A stretch of DNA of 64,000 nt from the human T2T-CHM13v2.0 reference genome, Homo sapiens: the NCBI RefSeq assembly GCF_009914755.1, contig NC_060930.1, one strand, 5' to 3'. This document shows, piece by piece, positions 20,407 through 49,759 of this stretch. The translations under genes were made by a program, and so were the position numbers. Under the pieces are notes generated by a model. It worked only from the letters and a program-made list of their open reading frames with translations. It did not search any database and had not been told where the DNA came from. Positions within the stretch are counted from its first letter, which is position 1. The number at the start of each line of letters is the position of its first letter.

Positions 20407-21012
20407 TCATGCATTCTTCAGTATGTGAATTGCGTTTTTTAACTTCAGAATTTCTGCTTGATTTTTAAAAATTATTTTGATCCCTTTGTTAAATGCATCT
20501 GATTTTTAAAAATTATTTCGATCCCTTTGTTAAATGCATCTGATAGAATTCTGAATTCCTTCTCTGTGTTATCTTGAATGTCTTTGAGTTTCCTCAAAAC
20601 AGCTATTTTGAATTTACTGTCTGAAAGGTCACATATCTGTTTCTCCAGGAGTGGTCTCTGGTGCCTTGTTTAGTTCGGTTGGCAAGGTCATGTTTTCCTG
20701 CATGGTTTTGATGCTCATTGATGTTTGTTGGTGTCTGGACATTGAAGAGTTAGGTATTTATTGTAGTCTTTGCAGTCTGGGCTTGTTTGTACCTGTCCTT
20801 CTTAGAAAGGCTTTCCAAGTATTCAAAAGGATTTGGGTGTTGTGATCCAAGCTGTGTGTGCAATAGGGAGCAGCCCAAGCCCAGTTATGCTGTAGTTCTC
20901 GCAGACTGATAGAGGTACTGCTTTGGTGGTTTTGGATAAGATCAGAAGAATTCTCTGGATCAGCAGGCAAAGACCCTTATTCTCTTCCCTTACTTTCTCC
21001 CAAATAAATAGT

Positions 21013-21078
21013 CTCCCTCTCCCTCTCCCTCTCCCTCTCCCTCTCCCTCTCCCTCTCCCTCTCCCTCTCCCTCTCCCT
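21013..21078 (+). repeat. (CTCCCT)11 hexamer repeat inside the L1 5' region
   Basis: Read directly; L1 sequence continues on both sides. Confidence 0.93.
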
Positions 21079-21541
21079 CTCTCTCCTGAGCTACCTGGTC
21101 CTGGTCTCAGTCCTGGCGGAGGGGTGATACAAGCACTCCTGTGGCTGGGACTGGACTGGGTCAGACTTAAAGCCAGCACAGCTCTGGGCCTTGCCCAAGG
21201 TCTGCTGTAACTGCTGCCTCGCTACCACTTATGTTCACTCAAGTCCCTACGGCTCTACGATTAGCAGGTGGTGAAGCCAGCCAGGCTGTGTCCTTCCCTT
21301 CAGGGTGGTGAGTTCTCCTGGGCCCCAAGTGGGTCCAGAGGTGCCATCTGGGAGCTAGGGACAGGAGTCAAAAACCTTAGAAGTCTACCTGGTTTTCTCT
21401 GTGGCTGAGGCAGCCCTCAAAACACAAGACACAGTTCTTCCCACTCTTCCCTCCCCTTTCCGCAGGCACAGGAGCCTCACCCCATGGCCACCACCACAGG
21501 TCCATGGGAAGCACTGCCAGGCCACTGCTGATGTTCACTGA

Positions 21542-22043
<502 letters not shown>

Positions 22044-23739
22044 TTAAGGCCCAAGAGCTCTTCAGTCAGCTCGTGGTGGATGCTGTCCGGCCCAGGTCTC
22101 TCCTCCCAGGGCAGCAGGCTCCCCTCTGGCCCAGAGCAGGCCCAGAAATGCCATCCAAGAGCTAAGGTCTGGAATCGAGGACCCCAAGGGCCTGCTTGGT
22201 GTTCTACCCCACTGCAGATAGGCTGGTGCCTAAGGTGCAAGAAAAAATCTCCCTTACTTTTCCCTCTGCTTTTTTCAAGAAGGAGTCTCTCACCATAGCC
22301 ACCACAGCTGGGATTGTGTTGGGTCACACTGAAGCCACACCTCAGTGTCTCACCCAAGGCCCACAGTGTACTACCTGGGTATTGCTGCTGGTTATTCAGG
22401 GCCCAAGGGCTCTTATAGTCAGCAAGTGATGGATCCCTCCAGGCCTGGGTCCTTCCCTTCAACGCAGCAGATTCCCTTCTAGCCCTGAGTGTGCCTAGAA
22501 ATGTCATCTGGGATCCTGGAATGGGAGCCTTAGACTCATGACTCTGCCTGATGCCCTATCCTACTGTGGCTAGGCTGGTATCCAAGATGCAAGACAAAGT
22601 CCTCTTTACTCTTCCCTCTCCTCTCCTCTCTTCAAGCAGAAGGAATGGATCTCTTTTGCAGCCACGAGCTGTGCAGCATGGGGCCGGAGGATGGGTGGTG
22701 CAAGCACTTCCTTAGCCACCCTCAATAGGTTGTGTGCCCCCCGGGTCCACTGGCTCCAACCCCAGCTCAATACTAGGACTCACCTAGGAGTTGCAGTCCT
22801 TGTGGCCTAGACAGCATTTCAAGTTTATTTAAGACCCTGGAGCACTTTAGCCTGTGGTGGCAAGGCTTGCCAGAACTCAATTTCTGACCACTGGGAGGGG
22901 TGATTCCCCTCTGGTTAGAGCTGATCTGAATGCTCCCCTTATGCGTGGGCATCAGCTGAGCTCAGCCTGCTTTTGCTTTCCACTGTGGCAGGGCAGCACT
23001 GGGCTCAATCTGAAGTCTCAGAATCACTGCGCTCTCCCTTTCCCAATCACAGACTTCTCTGCACCATGTAGCTGCTGCAGGGGAATGGGAAGGGGTAGTG
23101 TTGGCAATTCAAGACTGCCTTTCTTACCCTCTTCGGTGCCACTCTCAGTGACGTGAAGTTAAAACCAGGTACTGTAAATGCTCACCTCATTTTTGTTTCT
23201 TGTTAAGGTGCTTTTTATGTAGATAGTTGTGGAATCTGGTGTTTCTGTGGGGGAGATGATCAGTGGGGCCTTCTATTCTGCCATCTTGCTTCACCTCTTC
23301 CTTGTAACCTTTTCCTTCTTAATACAGGTACCAGGAAACATGGGAAGGTATGTGGGTATAGAAGGAGGAGGCAGAATAACAACCTGCCATTTACTGAGTA
23401 CCTATTGTGTCCCAGGCACTGTGCCAGACCCTTTACACTATTTCACTTACCCCTCACATCAGCCCTTTCAGGTAAATATTGCTACTCCCCATTCATGTGT
23501 GAGGAAATTCAGGCTTAGAAAGGTTGTCTTTGGGGCTTGGCTAGGTGGCTCACGCCTGTAATCCCAGCACTTTGGGAGGCCAAGGTGTGTGGATCACCTA
23601 AGGTCAGGAGTAAGGTGTGTGGATCACCTAAGGTCAGGAGTTCAAGACCAGACTGACCAATGTGGTGAAACCCCGTCTCTACTAAAAATACAAAAATTAG
23701 CCAGGTGTGGTGGCGGGCACCTGTAATCTCAGCTACTCA

Positions 23740-23928
<189 letters not shown>

Positions 23929-25720
23929 CTACTTTCATTCACTCAGCAAACAAGGTTTAAATTAAAAGACCTTACAAAAGCAATGATAAGAAAAACACCA
24001 ACAAAAGAGAGCCGTCTGAGGCTGCAAACAGCAGGCAGGCCAGGTAGTGTCCCCCGGCAGGTCCCAGCCCAAAACAGATGCCTCGCTTTGGCGGGAACCC
24101 TTTGGGATCCTGGTTCCCTGCCTGGTTTCCTCAGCTGGTCTCTGGCATGGGTTTGTCCTTGGTCCACCCATCTTGCCCTCTCTGGGGCCCTGTGGCCTGA
24201 AGCAGCCCACACTGCTGCCCTCTGACCCTGTTCCCTCAGCCAGGCCTAGGCTCAGGCCACCAGGGAGAGCCACCATCTTGTTTCTCTGCCCTGGCAGAGC
24301 CCCCTGCCTCTGCTCTTGTCACAGGTGTTACTCCTCTGGGTCTCCAAGGACCTTTTGCTGTCATCTGACCCTGGTCTGAGCTTGACCCCTACAGAGGAAG
24401 GATGGGAGGGAGGGTTGCTATCAGGCCCCATGCCCGGCTGATGCAGTTTTGGGGACTTACCCTCCTACTCGGCCTCCGTTGCCCTAAACTGTGGGTCAGA
24501 CAGGGGTGTCAGACCAGGAGGGCTCCCTCCTCAACCCCAAGGCTGCCCACATCATGCCTGGCAAGGGCAGGGGGCTTAGCCTCACTTCAGGAGTCACTCA
24601 CCCCCAGTTCCTTGTGTTGAGCTGGACACCCCTGGCACAGCGCCAGGGTGAGCAGAGGCCACCACCCTGCCTCAGGGACACTGAACTGGTGACTGGTTCC
24701 AAGGACCTTCTCAGCTCAGCAGTGCTTTAACACAAAACATTTGTCTCCCTCACATCCAGCCTTTAACATCTTCCTACCCCTTAGCACCATCTCAAGCACA
24801 TCCCATTGCTTTCTGGTGACTTTCAGACATAAAAAAGCCCTGCCCCATCTGGTGCCAACTTGAACTCCACCTGATGTCTGGTCAAGCACTCCCCTCCTCC
24901 CTCCCTGGCCCACGGCCATGCCCAGGGACCTGTGAACAGGAGGGACCCAGGCCTTCCCCCCTCTGGGAAGGAGGGAGGGGTGAAGTGAGGGACCCTGTGC
25001 TTCACAGCATCGCCTCCCTGTGGGTGTCAGCGGCTCCCTGCTGTGTGGCAGCCACACAGCCAGCCTCTCGTAGAGTGATGGTGGGCTGGCAGGGTCCCGG
25101 CTGGGTCCCTGCCAATTCAGTGCCTTGACAGGGGACCCCTGTGCTGGCCCCAGCCCTTTTACCACCTCTCAGCTCCCACCTGGGGTCCAGCTCCCTCTCC
25201 TGCTGCTAAGGGCCCCTTGCCCAGCAGCCAGCCCTCCCTGGGGAGACAAGCAAAGTGGCTCTCATGCTCCCGGAGCCCACTTGGCCACAGCACACTCACT
25301 CATCCTGGCCTCACCAAGCAGGGGCCATGTAAGAGACCCCTGCTGTCCTCATCCCACCTGTCACTGCTCAAGTGGGCCTAGGGGAAGATTAGCCTGACCA
25401 CTGAGGAGGCAAACATCCAGCCAGAGAATGCAATGTGGGCTCCCCTTTCTACAGGCACTCCCCCGACCCCCCCACCGCCAGGAGAGGAAGCCCTAGCATC
25501 TCCCCCGCCCCCCACCCATAGCTGGCTAGAGGAGTGAGAGAGGAAAGCCACCACCCTCTCTCCTAGGATTTCTCTAGATTTCCTAAATTCTGGCTTATAT
25601 AGACCCAGATGGGAGTTGGGGGTAGGTAAGGAATTGGGGTAATAATACTAATATCAGAGGCAGGCACTGTGGCTCATGCCTGTAATCCCAGCACTTTGAG
25701 AGGCCGAGGCAGGTGAATTA

Positions 25721-27407
<1,687 letters not shown>

Positions 27408-28249
27408 GACTCACTTAATCCTCACAGCAACCCTAAAAGGTGGGTACTACGCAGGGTACGGTCACTCACACCTGTAATCCCAGCACTTTGGGAGTCTGAG
27501 GCAGGCGGATTACCTGAGGTCAGGAGTTCAAGACCAGCCTGGCCAATACAGTGAAACCCCATCTCTACTAAAAATACAAAAATTAGCCAGGCACTGTGGC
27601 GGGCACCTGTAATCCCAGCTACTCAGGAGGCTGAGGCAGGAGAATCACTTGAACCTGGGAGGCAGAGATTGGGAGACACAGCAAGACTCTGTCTCAAAAA
27701 AAAAAAGGTGGATACTATTATTATCCCTATTTTACAGGTGAGGTGCCTGAGGCACAGGGAAATTAGGCAACTTCACCAGTTACTTAGTTTAGGAACACGC
27801 CATCCTTGCTGGTAACTGGCAGAATGTTCAGGAGAAGCAGAACTGGTTCATCCACCTTTTAACAGGTCCTGGAGGAGTCTGCCACACGGTAATGTCCACG
27901 TTCTCTAGACTATGAGTCTTAATGCTTCTTTGTCCCAACTGTGATTCTAAGTGACAACAAGAAAAGCCTGATTCAATATGCTTTTACACAATTTGGGACT
28001 GTCAACACCTACCATTTAATCTTTCCTTCTCCCCCGACATCATAGTTGGATTACTGAGCCAATGCTCGCACTCTGTACATTGTGTCCAATCCTTACAACA
28101 ACGCTGCAGAAGGTTACCTATTGTTGCACCCACTTTACAGAAGAGGAAACTGAGACTCAGAGAAGCCAAGTATCTCAAAGCATCCCGTATCTTTTTTTGA
28201 CTCATTCTGATTGCACTAAGCTGTGTGGAGACCTCAAAATCTGAGTCTG

Positions 28250-37150
<8,901 letters not shown>

Positions 37151-37450
37151 GTTTCAAAATAAATCCGGTCTGGGAATTGGAGGAGTATATGGGAATATAG
37201 ATTTTAAAAAGACTGGCCATGTTAATAATGCTGCTGAACCTGGCTAACAGGTACCCACTGCGGTTCATTATATAATCTCTTATCTTTTATATATTTCCTT
37301 TTTTCCATAACAAAAAGCTTTTTAAGCATGGTAGTGTGCACCTATAATCCCAGCACTTTGGGAGGCTGAAGTGGGAGAATCATTTGAGCCCAGGAGTTCA
37401 AGATCAGACTGGGCAACATAGCTAGTCTCCATCTCTAAAGAAATTAAACA

Positions 37451-38885
37451 GGCCCTCGGCAAAACCTGAGTCCTGTCCTCTCGCTTTCTTCCCTGGACAG
37501 CATGAGCTTCACCACTCGCTCTACCACCTTCTCCACCAACTACCAGTCCCTGGACTCAATGCAGCCGCCCAGGTACAGCGCCCAGCTGGTCAGCGGCACA
37601 GCCAGCGTCTATGCAGATGCTGAGGGCCCAGGCTCTCAGAGGGCCCAGGCTCTCAGATCTCTGTGTCCCACTCCACCAGCTTCCAGGGTGCCTTGGGGTC
37701 TGGAGGCTTGGCCACATGGATGGCCAGGGGTCTGGCTGAAATGGGGGACATCTAGAACCAGAAGGAGACCAATCAAGGCTTGAACGGCTGCCTGGCCTCC
37801 TACCTGGATAGAGTGAGGAGCCTGGAGACTGAGAATCGGAGGCTGGAGAGCAAAATCCAGGAGTATCTGGAGAAGAAGGGACCCCAGGTCAGAGATTGGG
37901 GGCATTACTTCAAGACCATGGAGGACCTGAGGGCTCAGATCTTCGCAAATTCTGTGAACAATGCCAGCATCATTCTGCAGATTGACAATCCCCATCTTGC
38001 CGCTGATGAGACAGAGCTGGCCATGTGCCAGTCTGGAGAGCGACATCTGTAGGCTCTGCTAGGTCAAAGATGACACCAATGTCACTCGGCTGCAGCTGGA
38101 GACAGAGATCAAGGTTTTCGAGGAGGAACTGCTCTTCATGAAGAAGAATAACAATGAGGAAGTTAAAGGCCAACAAGCCCTAATTGCCAGCTCTGGGTTA
38201 ACCGTGGAGGTAGATGCCCCCAAATCACAGGATCTTGCCAAGATCATGGCAGACATCCAGGCCCAATATGACAAGCTGGCTCAGAAGAATCGAGAGAAGC
38301 TGAACCAGTACTGCTCCCACCAGACTGAGGAGAGCACCACAGTGGTCACCACGCAGTCTGCCAAGATCAGAGCTGCTGAGATGACGCTCATGAAGCTGAG
38401 ACGTACAGTCCAGTCCTTGGAGATCAACCTGGACTCAGTGAGAAATCTGAAGGCCAGCTTGGAGAACAGCCTGAGGGAGGCGAAGGCCCACTACGCCCTG
38501 CAGATGGAGTAGCCCAGTGGGGTCCTGCTGCACCTGGAGTTGGAGCTGGCACAGACCCGGGCAGAGGAGCAGCGCCAGGCCCAGGAGTACAAGGCCCTGC
38601 TGAATATCCAGGTCAAGCTGGAGGCCGAGATGGCCACCTACCACCACCTGCTGGAAGACGGCAAGGACTTCAATCTTGGGATGCCCTGGACAGCAGCAAT
38701 TCCATGCAAACGACCACCATCCAACAGACCACCCTCCCCCCGCCGCCAGGATAGTGGATGGCAAAGTGGTGTACGAGACTAACAACACCAAAGTTCAGAG
38801 GCATTGAGCCAGCAGAAGCAGGGTACCCTTTGGGGAGCAGAAGGCCAATAAAAAGTTCCAAGGTCATTGTGGAAAAAAAAAAAGA
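37451..38885 (+). pseudogene. KRT18P9: Processed keratin 18 pseudogene (consistent with KRT18P9)
   Basis: Intronless. 5'UTR CCTGAGTCCTGTCC...GGACAGC-ATG (37502). Peptides MSFTTRSTTFSTNYQSL, LASYLDRVRSLETENRRLESKI, SSGLTVEVDAPKSQDLAKIMADI and ALLNIQVKLEAEMATYHHLLEDG fall in different frames. Internal stops, terminal TGA 38805-38807, AATAAA 38847, poly(A) from 38873. The pseudogene number is inferred from its position next to GRM4. Confidence 0.93.
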
Positions 38886-38949
38886 AATAATAAATAAGTA
38901 AATAAACAAAAAGTTTTTTAAAAAAAAACATATTCTTATCAAACAGTTA

Positions 38950-42630
<3,681 letters not shown>

Positions 42631-43839
42631 ACAGAAAGAGTGCTGGGATACCCCAGTGATGCTGCCTGGTGCCGGCAGGGCAGGGGAGCGACAACAAGAG
42701 GGCACTGTTTTCCATCCCTGCCTGGAATCCCAGGGTCTCTGACCTCCTCCACCCCCTGCCCTGTGTCCCTAGGACTCAGTGCCCCTACCTGACAACAGGG
42801 CTGGCTGGCACCACCCCAGATCCCTAGAGATCACCTACCCTCCAGCCAGAGGAAACTGAGAAGCAGAAATCCAGAGGGGCCTGCTCCTACACAGATGCCC
42901 GCTGGGCCCCCAGACACACACCTCGCTCTAGACCTGTAGGGAGCCCCCAGTTTTCAAGACTCATTATCGACCTCACCCACTGACTTTTCCAGAAGGGGCT
43001 TTTGTCCCCTCTCAGGGTAGCTGAAGGCTGACTGGGACCAGAGGCTCTGTCCAGCGGAGGCTTCATCCAACAGCACTAGCAGTGCCCGTCTCATTCGCAG
43101 ACAGACCTGTGCTTCTACCCAGTTTTTATATTGACCGCTTTTTCATTCATTTATGTGCAAAACCTTCCTGATTAAAGTATCTAGGTTTACATGTTGGCTG
43201 AAGAAGAAAAGAGTGGAGAAGAGAGCATGACCCACCGGCGTAAGGGACGCGGGTGTACAGAGCAAGACAGGCAAGGGCTACGGAGATGGAAAGTTTGAGG
43301 TGGAAGCTGCAGGAGGTCAAGCCAGGGAGGTGGCCCTAGGTCTCACCCTCTACCGTGGGGACCCATGAGACAGATGAGGGCTGTGACTTCAAACTGCAGA
43401 CCAACAGATGCCCACAGCTTCTCCTGAGGGTCGCTCCTGGACTGCCCCTTCTCTCCAACAGGGACCAGAGCAGCCCCTGGCACTGCTGTGAGGGTGCTGG
43501 GGCATCCTGGGGAATCTGGGGGACCCAGAGTCCCCCACACTGCTGCCCAGCCACCCTTGGCTGCCTTAATCATGTTGCCAGCTTGGAGGTGTCTCAAGGC
43601 AAAAGATAGACGCTGGCTGCTGGCACTGAGCCACCAAAGCCATGGGAGCCCCACTGCTGAGGAGGGCTGGCCCGGGAGCTCGTCTCAGTTCCACAGTCAC
43701 ACTCCGGGTCCCTGGTCCAGGACAGGAGTTAGGGCCAAGCCCCAGCTTCCGCCATCTGTCTGCAGTGGTCAGGAGACAGTGGACCATGCTTCAAGCCCAT
43801 CTCCACGCCTGGGTATCCAGCCTGGGCCGCAGATTTACA

Positions 43840-44560
43840 ACTGAAAGGCTGCGGGACTGGACGGTGGAATCTGAGCCATGGTGTGGACGCTGGGCGGCCT
43901 CCTGAGCTCCAGGAGGGTCCTTCGTCCCAACCTGCCTCACTGGGTGTTTCCTTCCCAGCCTTCCCGGCTCGCCGCAGGCCTCAGAGGACCCTCAAAGCCT
44001 TGGTTTTCCCTCCCTCGGAAGACAGGAAACGGGGTTGGGAGTTTGTCGCAGTATCGCAGCCCAAGAGCCCAAATTGTCCCAAGCCCAGTCCACCCGCGCC
44101 CTCCAGCAGCTCCGCTGAATAGGCGCGGCGAAGCGGGCCACGACCGCGAGGGGGCGCCAGGCAGCCACGCGAGACTCCCAGGGTCAGGCCCACGCGGGCC
44201 ACCAGCCGCACTACTCTTCCGCTTCCCAAGTCGGCACACACGGCGCCCGTGCCTCCACGCTGCTGACTGCTGCAAGTCGAATCCCTCTCAACTCCTGTCC
44301 GCACGGGAACCCCAGTTTACAGGGGAGCCGGCTGCCTGGCATCCCGGTGCGGCCACAGAGGCGTCCTTGTGGAAGGAGCCTGGGGACCGCTGCGGCCCAT
44401 CAAGTGTGCTGCACGCCCTCCGTGCGCGGCCCGTCGGAGTGCACCTTGCGCCTCCTGCATTGTGAAAGGGAGCGGGGAGAACGGAACATGGACCCAAAGA
44501 CACTGGCACTGGCAGAGCTCCGCCTGGGGCCGATGCCTTAGGCAGTACAGTACTGGTCAT
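43840..44560. promoter_or_regulatory. Orphan CpG island
   Basis: High CpG density in non-repeat sequence with no recognisable gene. Confidence 0.75.
44141..44159 (+). promoter_or_regulatory. CTCF motif CGACCGCGAGGGGGCGCCA
   Basis: Strong match to the CCGCGNGGNGGC core, in the centre of the CpG island. Confidence 0.7.
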
Positions 44561-44845
44561 CTTGATTGGGGTGCACCTATGGCCTGCCGTTGTATGTGTG
44601 GAGAAACCAAAACCTGGAGGGATTTTCTGCCCTGCCCAGGCTGCACAGCTCACCAGTGGTGGGGCTGGCATTGGAGCTCCCGGTCCACACCTGGGCTCCT
44701 CCATCCCATGGAAAGGCAGAGGTGCTGACCAGGAATCAGCCCAGGTACCTGGCACGTGCCTGACCGGAAGCCCAGGCTCCTGCTGCCTGAGCAAGCTGGA
44801 TCCCCAGGATAGGCGCGCCCCAGTACTGGAGTCCTCCCCATCGAC

Positions 44846-44916
44846 CCCACCCCCCTACCCCTCTCAGCCCCCCTACCCCCCTCAGCCCCCCCCCCCGCCC
44901 CCCCCCCCACCTCCCC
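44846..44916 (-). repeat. C-run low-complexity tract (G-quadruplex / i-motif potential)
   Basis: About 10 runs of 4-11 C, including two CCCCCTACCCC(T/C)CTCAG units. Confidence 0.8.
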
Positions 44917-45086
44917 GACACGCCCTGTCCTAGGAAGAGGAATCATAGAAAGAACAGGGGCTTTGGAGCCTCAGAGATCTGGAGATCTGGACTAAAGCGG
45001 GTTCTGCCACTACTGGCTGTGTGATCTTGGACACATCATTTAACTTTCCTCATGCTCACCCTGGAGAAGCGAAACCATATGCATGA

Positions 45087-45379
<293 letters not shown>

Positions 45380-45929
45380 TGATCCGCCCGCCTCGGCCTC
45401 CCAAAGTGCTGGGATTACAGGCGTGAGCCACCGCGCCCGGCCTCCAGGAGTATCGATTAACTCCTATTTTGTGCCAGGCCCTCTGCTGGGGTTCAGGGAA
45501 CCCCAGAGATGAATGAGATGTGACTGCCGCCCTCCAGGAAGGACTGTTGGCCAAGATAAGGTTCTTTTCCAGAGATAAAGCGATCCAGGAGAGGGAGACA
45601 TAGGTTTGCCTGAAGGGAACCAAGAAGGGGTGTTGACCTTGAATGTGCTGCAGGTGACGGTCACTGTCACTGCCTTTATGGAATGCATACTCTGTGCCAG
45701 GTTCTTCACCTACATTCGTTCAACAAATAGGTATTGAGGCCCTTTCGAGTGCCAGGTACTCTGCTGGGAGCTGGGCATAGCCATACACAGCAGTGACCAC
45801 CCACTTGGAGTTGAGCAGACAGCCTAGTGGGGAACAGATCTCAAAGAAATAATGACATCCTCCCTAAAAATAAAGAACAGAGGGGAAAAAATGAAAAAAA
45901 CAAATTGTGACACAATCACAGTCTGAACT

Positions 45930-48050
<2,121 letters not shown>

Positions 48051-48891
48051 CCAAAAAAACCTTAAGAAAATTATGCTCTAGGTATGAACTACTGTAGGTA
48101 TGACCTTGCCGTCAAGGAAGGCTTCCTGGAGTAAGCAACATCCCACCTGAAAGGGTGGGTTGGAGATTACCAGGAAAGTGTGATGAGGAGGGTGCTGCAG
48201 GCAGAGGCAGGAGTATGTGCAAAGGCCCTGAGTCAAGAAGGTAGGTATGCAGAAGAAACTCAACACTACCACTGTGGCTAGAGCAGAGTAAGCAAGGGGA
48301 AGGGCCCAGTGGGGCCATGTGATTCAGGCAGGATTTGTTTGGGCTGTGAGAAAATGCAAAATAGTGACTCAAACAAGCTCAGTGCTTAACTGTTTTCCAT
48401 AACCAAAGCCCGAAGGTAGGTAGGCGATCTAAGGCTAGTGTGTGTTCTTCTAAGGTAGTGCTCCCCCAGCCTCAGCAATCCTCCTGCTGGTCCAAGATGG
48501 CTGCTTCTCATGCTTATCAGCAGGCAAGAGGAAAGGTCAAAAGAAGTCCTGCCCCCTCCCTACCTAAGAACGTTACATTTCTGTCTGCATCCAATTGGCC
48601 AGGATTTAGTCACGTGGTCCCACCCAGTCACAAGGGAGGCTGGGAAGTGGAATATTTATTTAAATGGCTTTGTGCCCAGCTACAAATTGAAAAGAATGGA
48701 CAAGGGAGGGGCAAGTGTTCTGCCACATCATTTAAAGAATGTTGGTCTTTATCCTAAAAGCAATGGCAAGCCATTGAAGATTTTTAAGAAGGTTAGTGTG
48801 ATCATACTTGCATTTTAAGATAGAAAAGAGCTGGGTGCGGTGGCTCACGCCTGTAATCTCAGCACTTTGGGAGGCCAAGGTGGATGGATCA

Positions 48892-49326
<435 letters not shown>

Positions 49327-49759
49327 TCATGAGTTTTTGTTTTGTTTTGTTTTGTTTTTTACACAGGGTCTCACTCTGTGGTGAACTGGAGTACACTGAT
49401 GAGATCACAGCTCACTACACTCTTGACCTCCTTGGCTCAAAGGATCCTCCTGCCTCAACCTCCTGAATACCTGGGACTACAGACGCATGCTACCATGCCT
49501 GGCAAATTTTTCATTTTTTTGTAGAGACAGGGGTCTCACTATTTTACCCAGGCTGGTCTCAAACTCCTAGCTGGGCTCTAGGATCCTGCCGCCTCAGCTT
49601 CCCATAATGCTAGGATTACAGGTGTGAGTCACCATGCCCAGCTATGAGTTCACTTTTAAACATGACATCAGGGTGCCTGTATGACACCCAAATGGGATGT
49701 GAGATGGGCAGCTGGATACACAAGCCCAGAGCACACAGAGAGGTCTAGGCAGATAGGAG

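Noticed and set aside
21013-21078. SVA insertion
   Set aside because: No downstream SVA domains, poly(A) or TSD.
37502-38807. Functional keratin retrogene
   Set aside because: Multiple frameshifts and in-frame stops (about 38050 and 38510).
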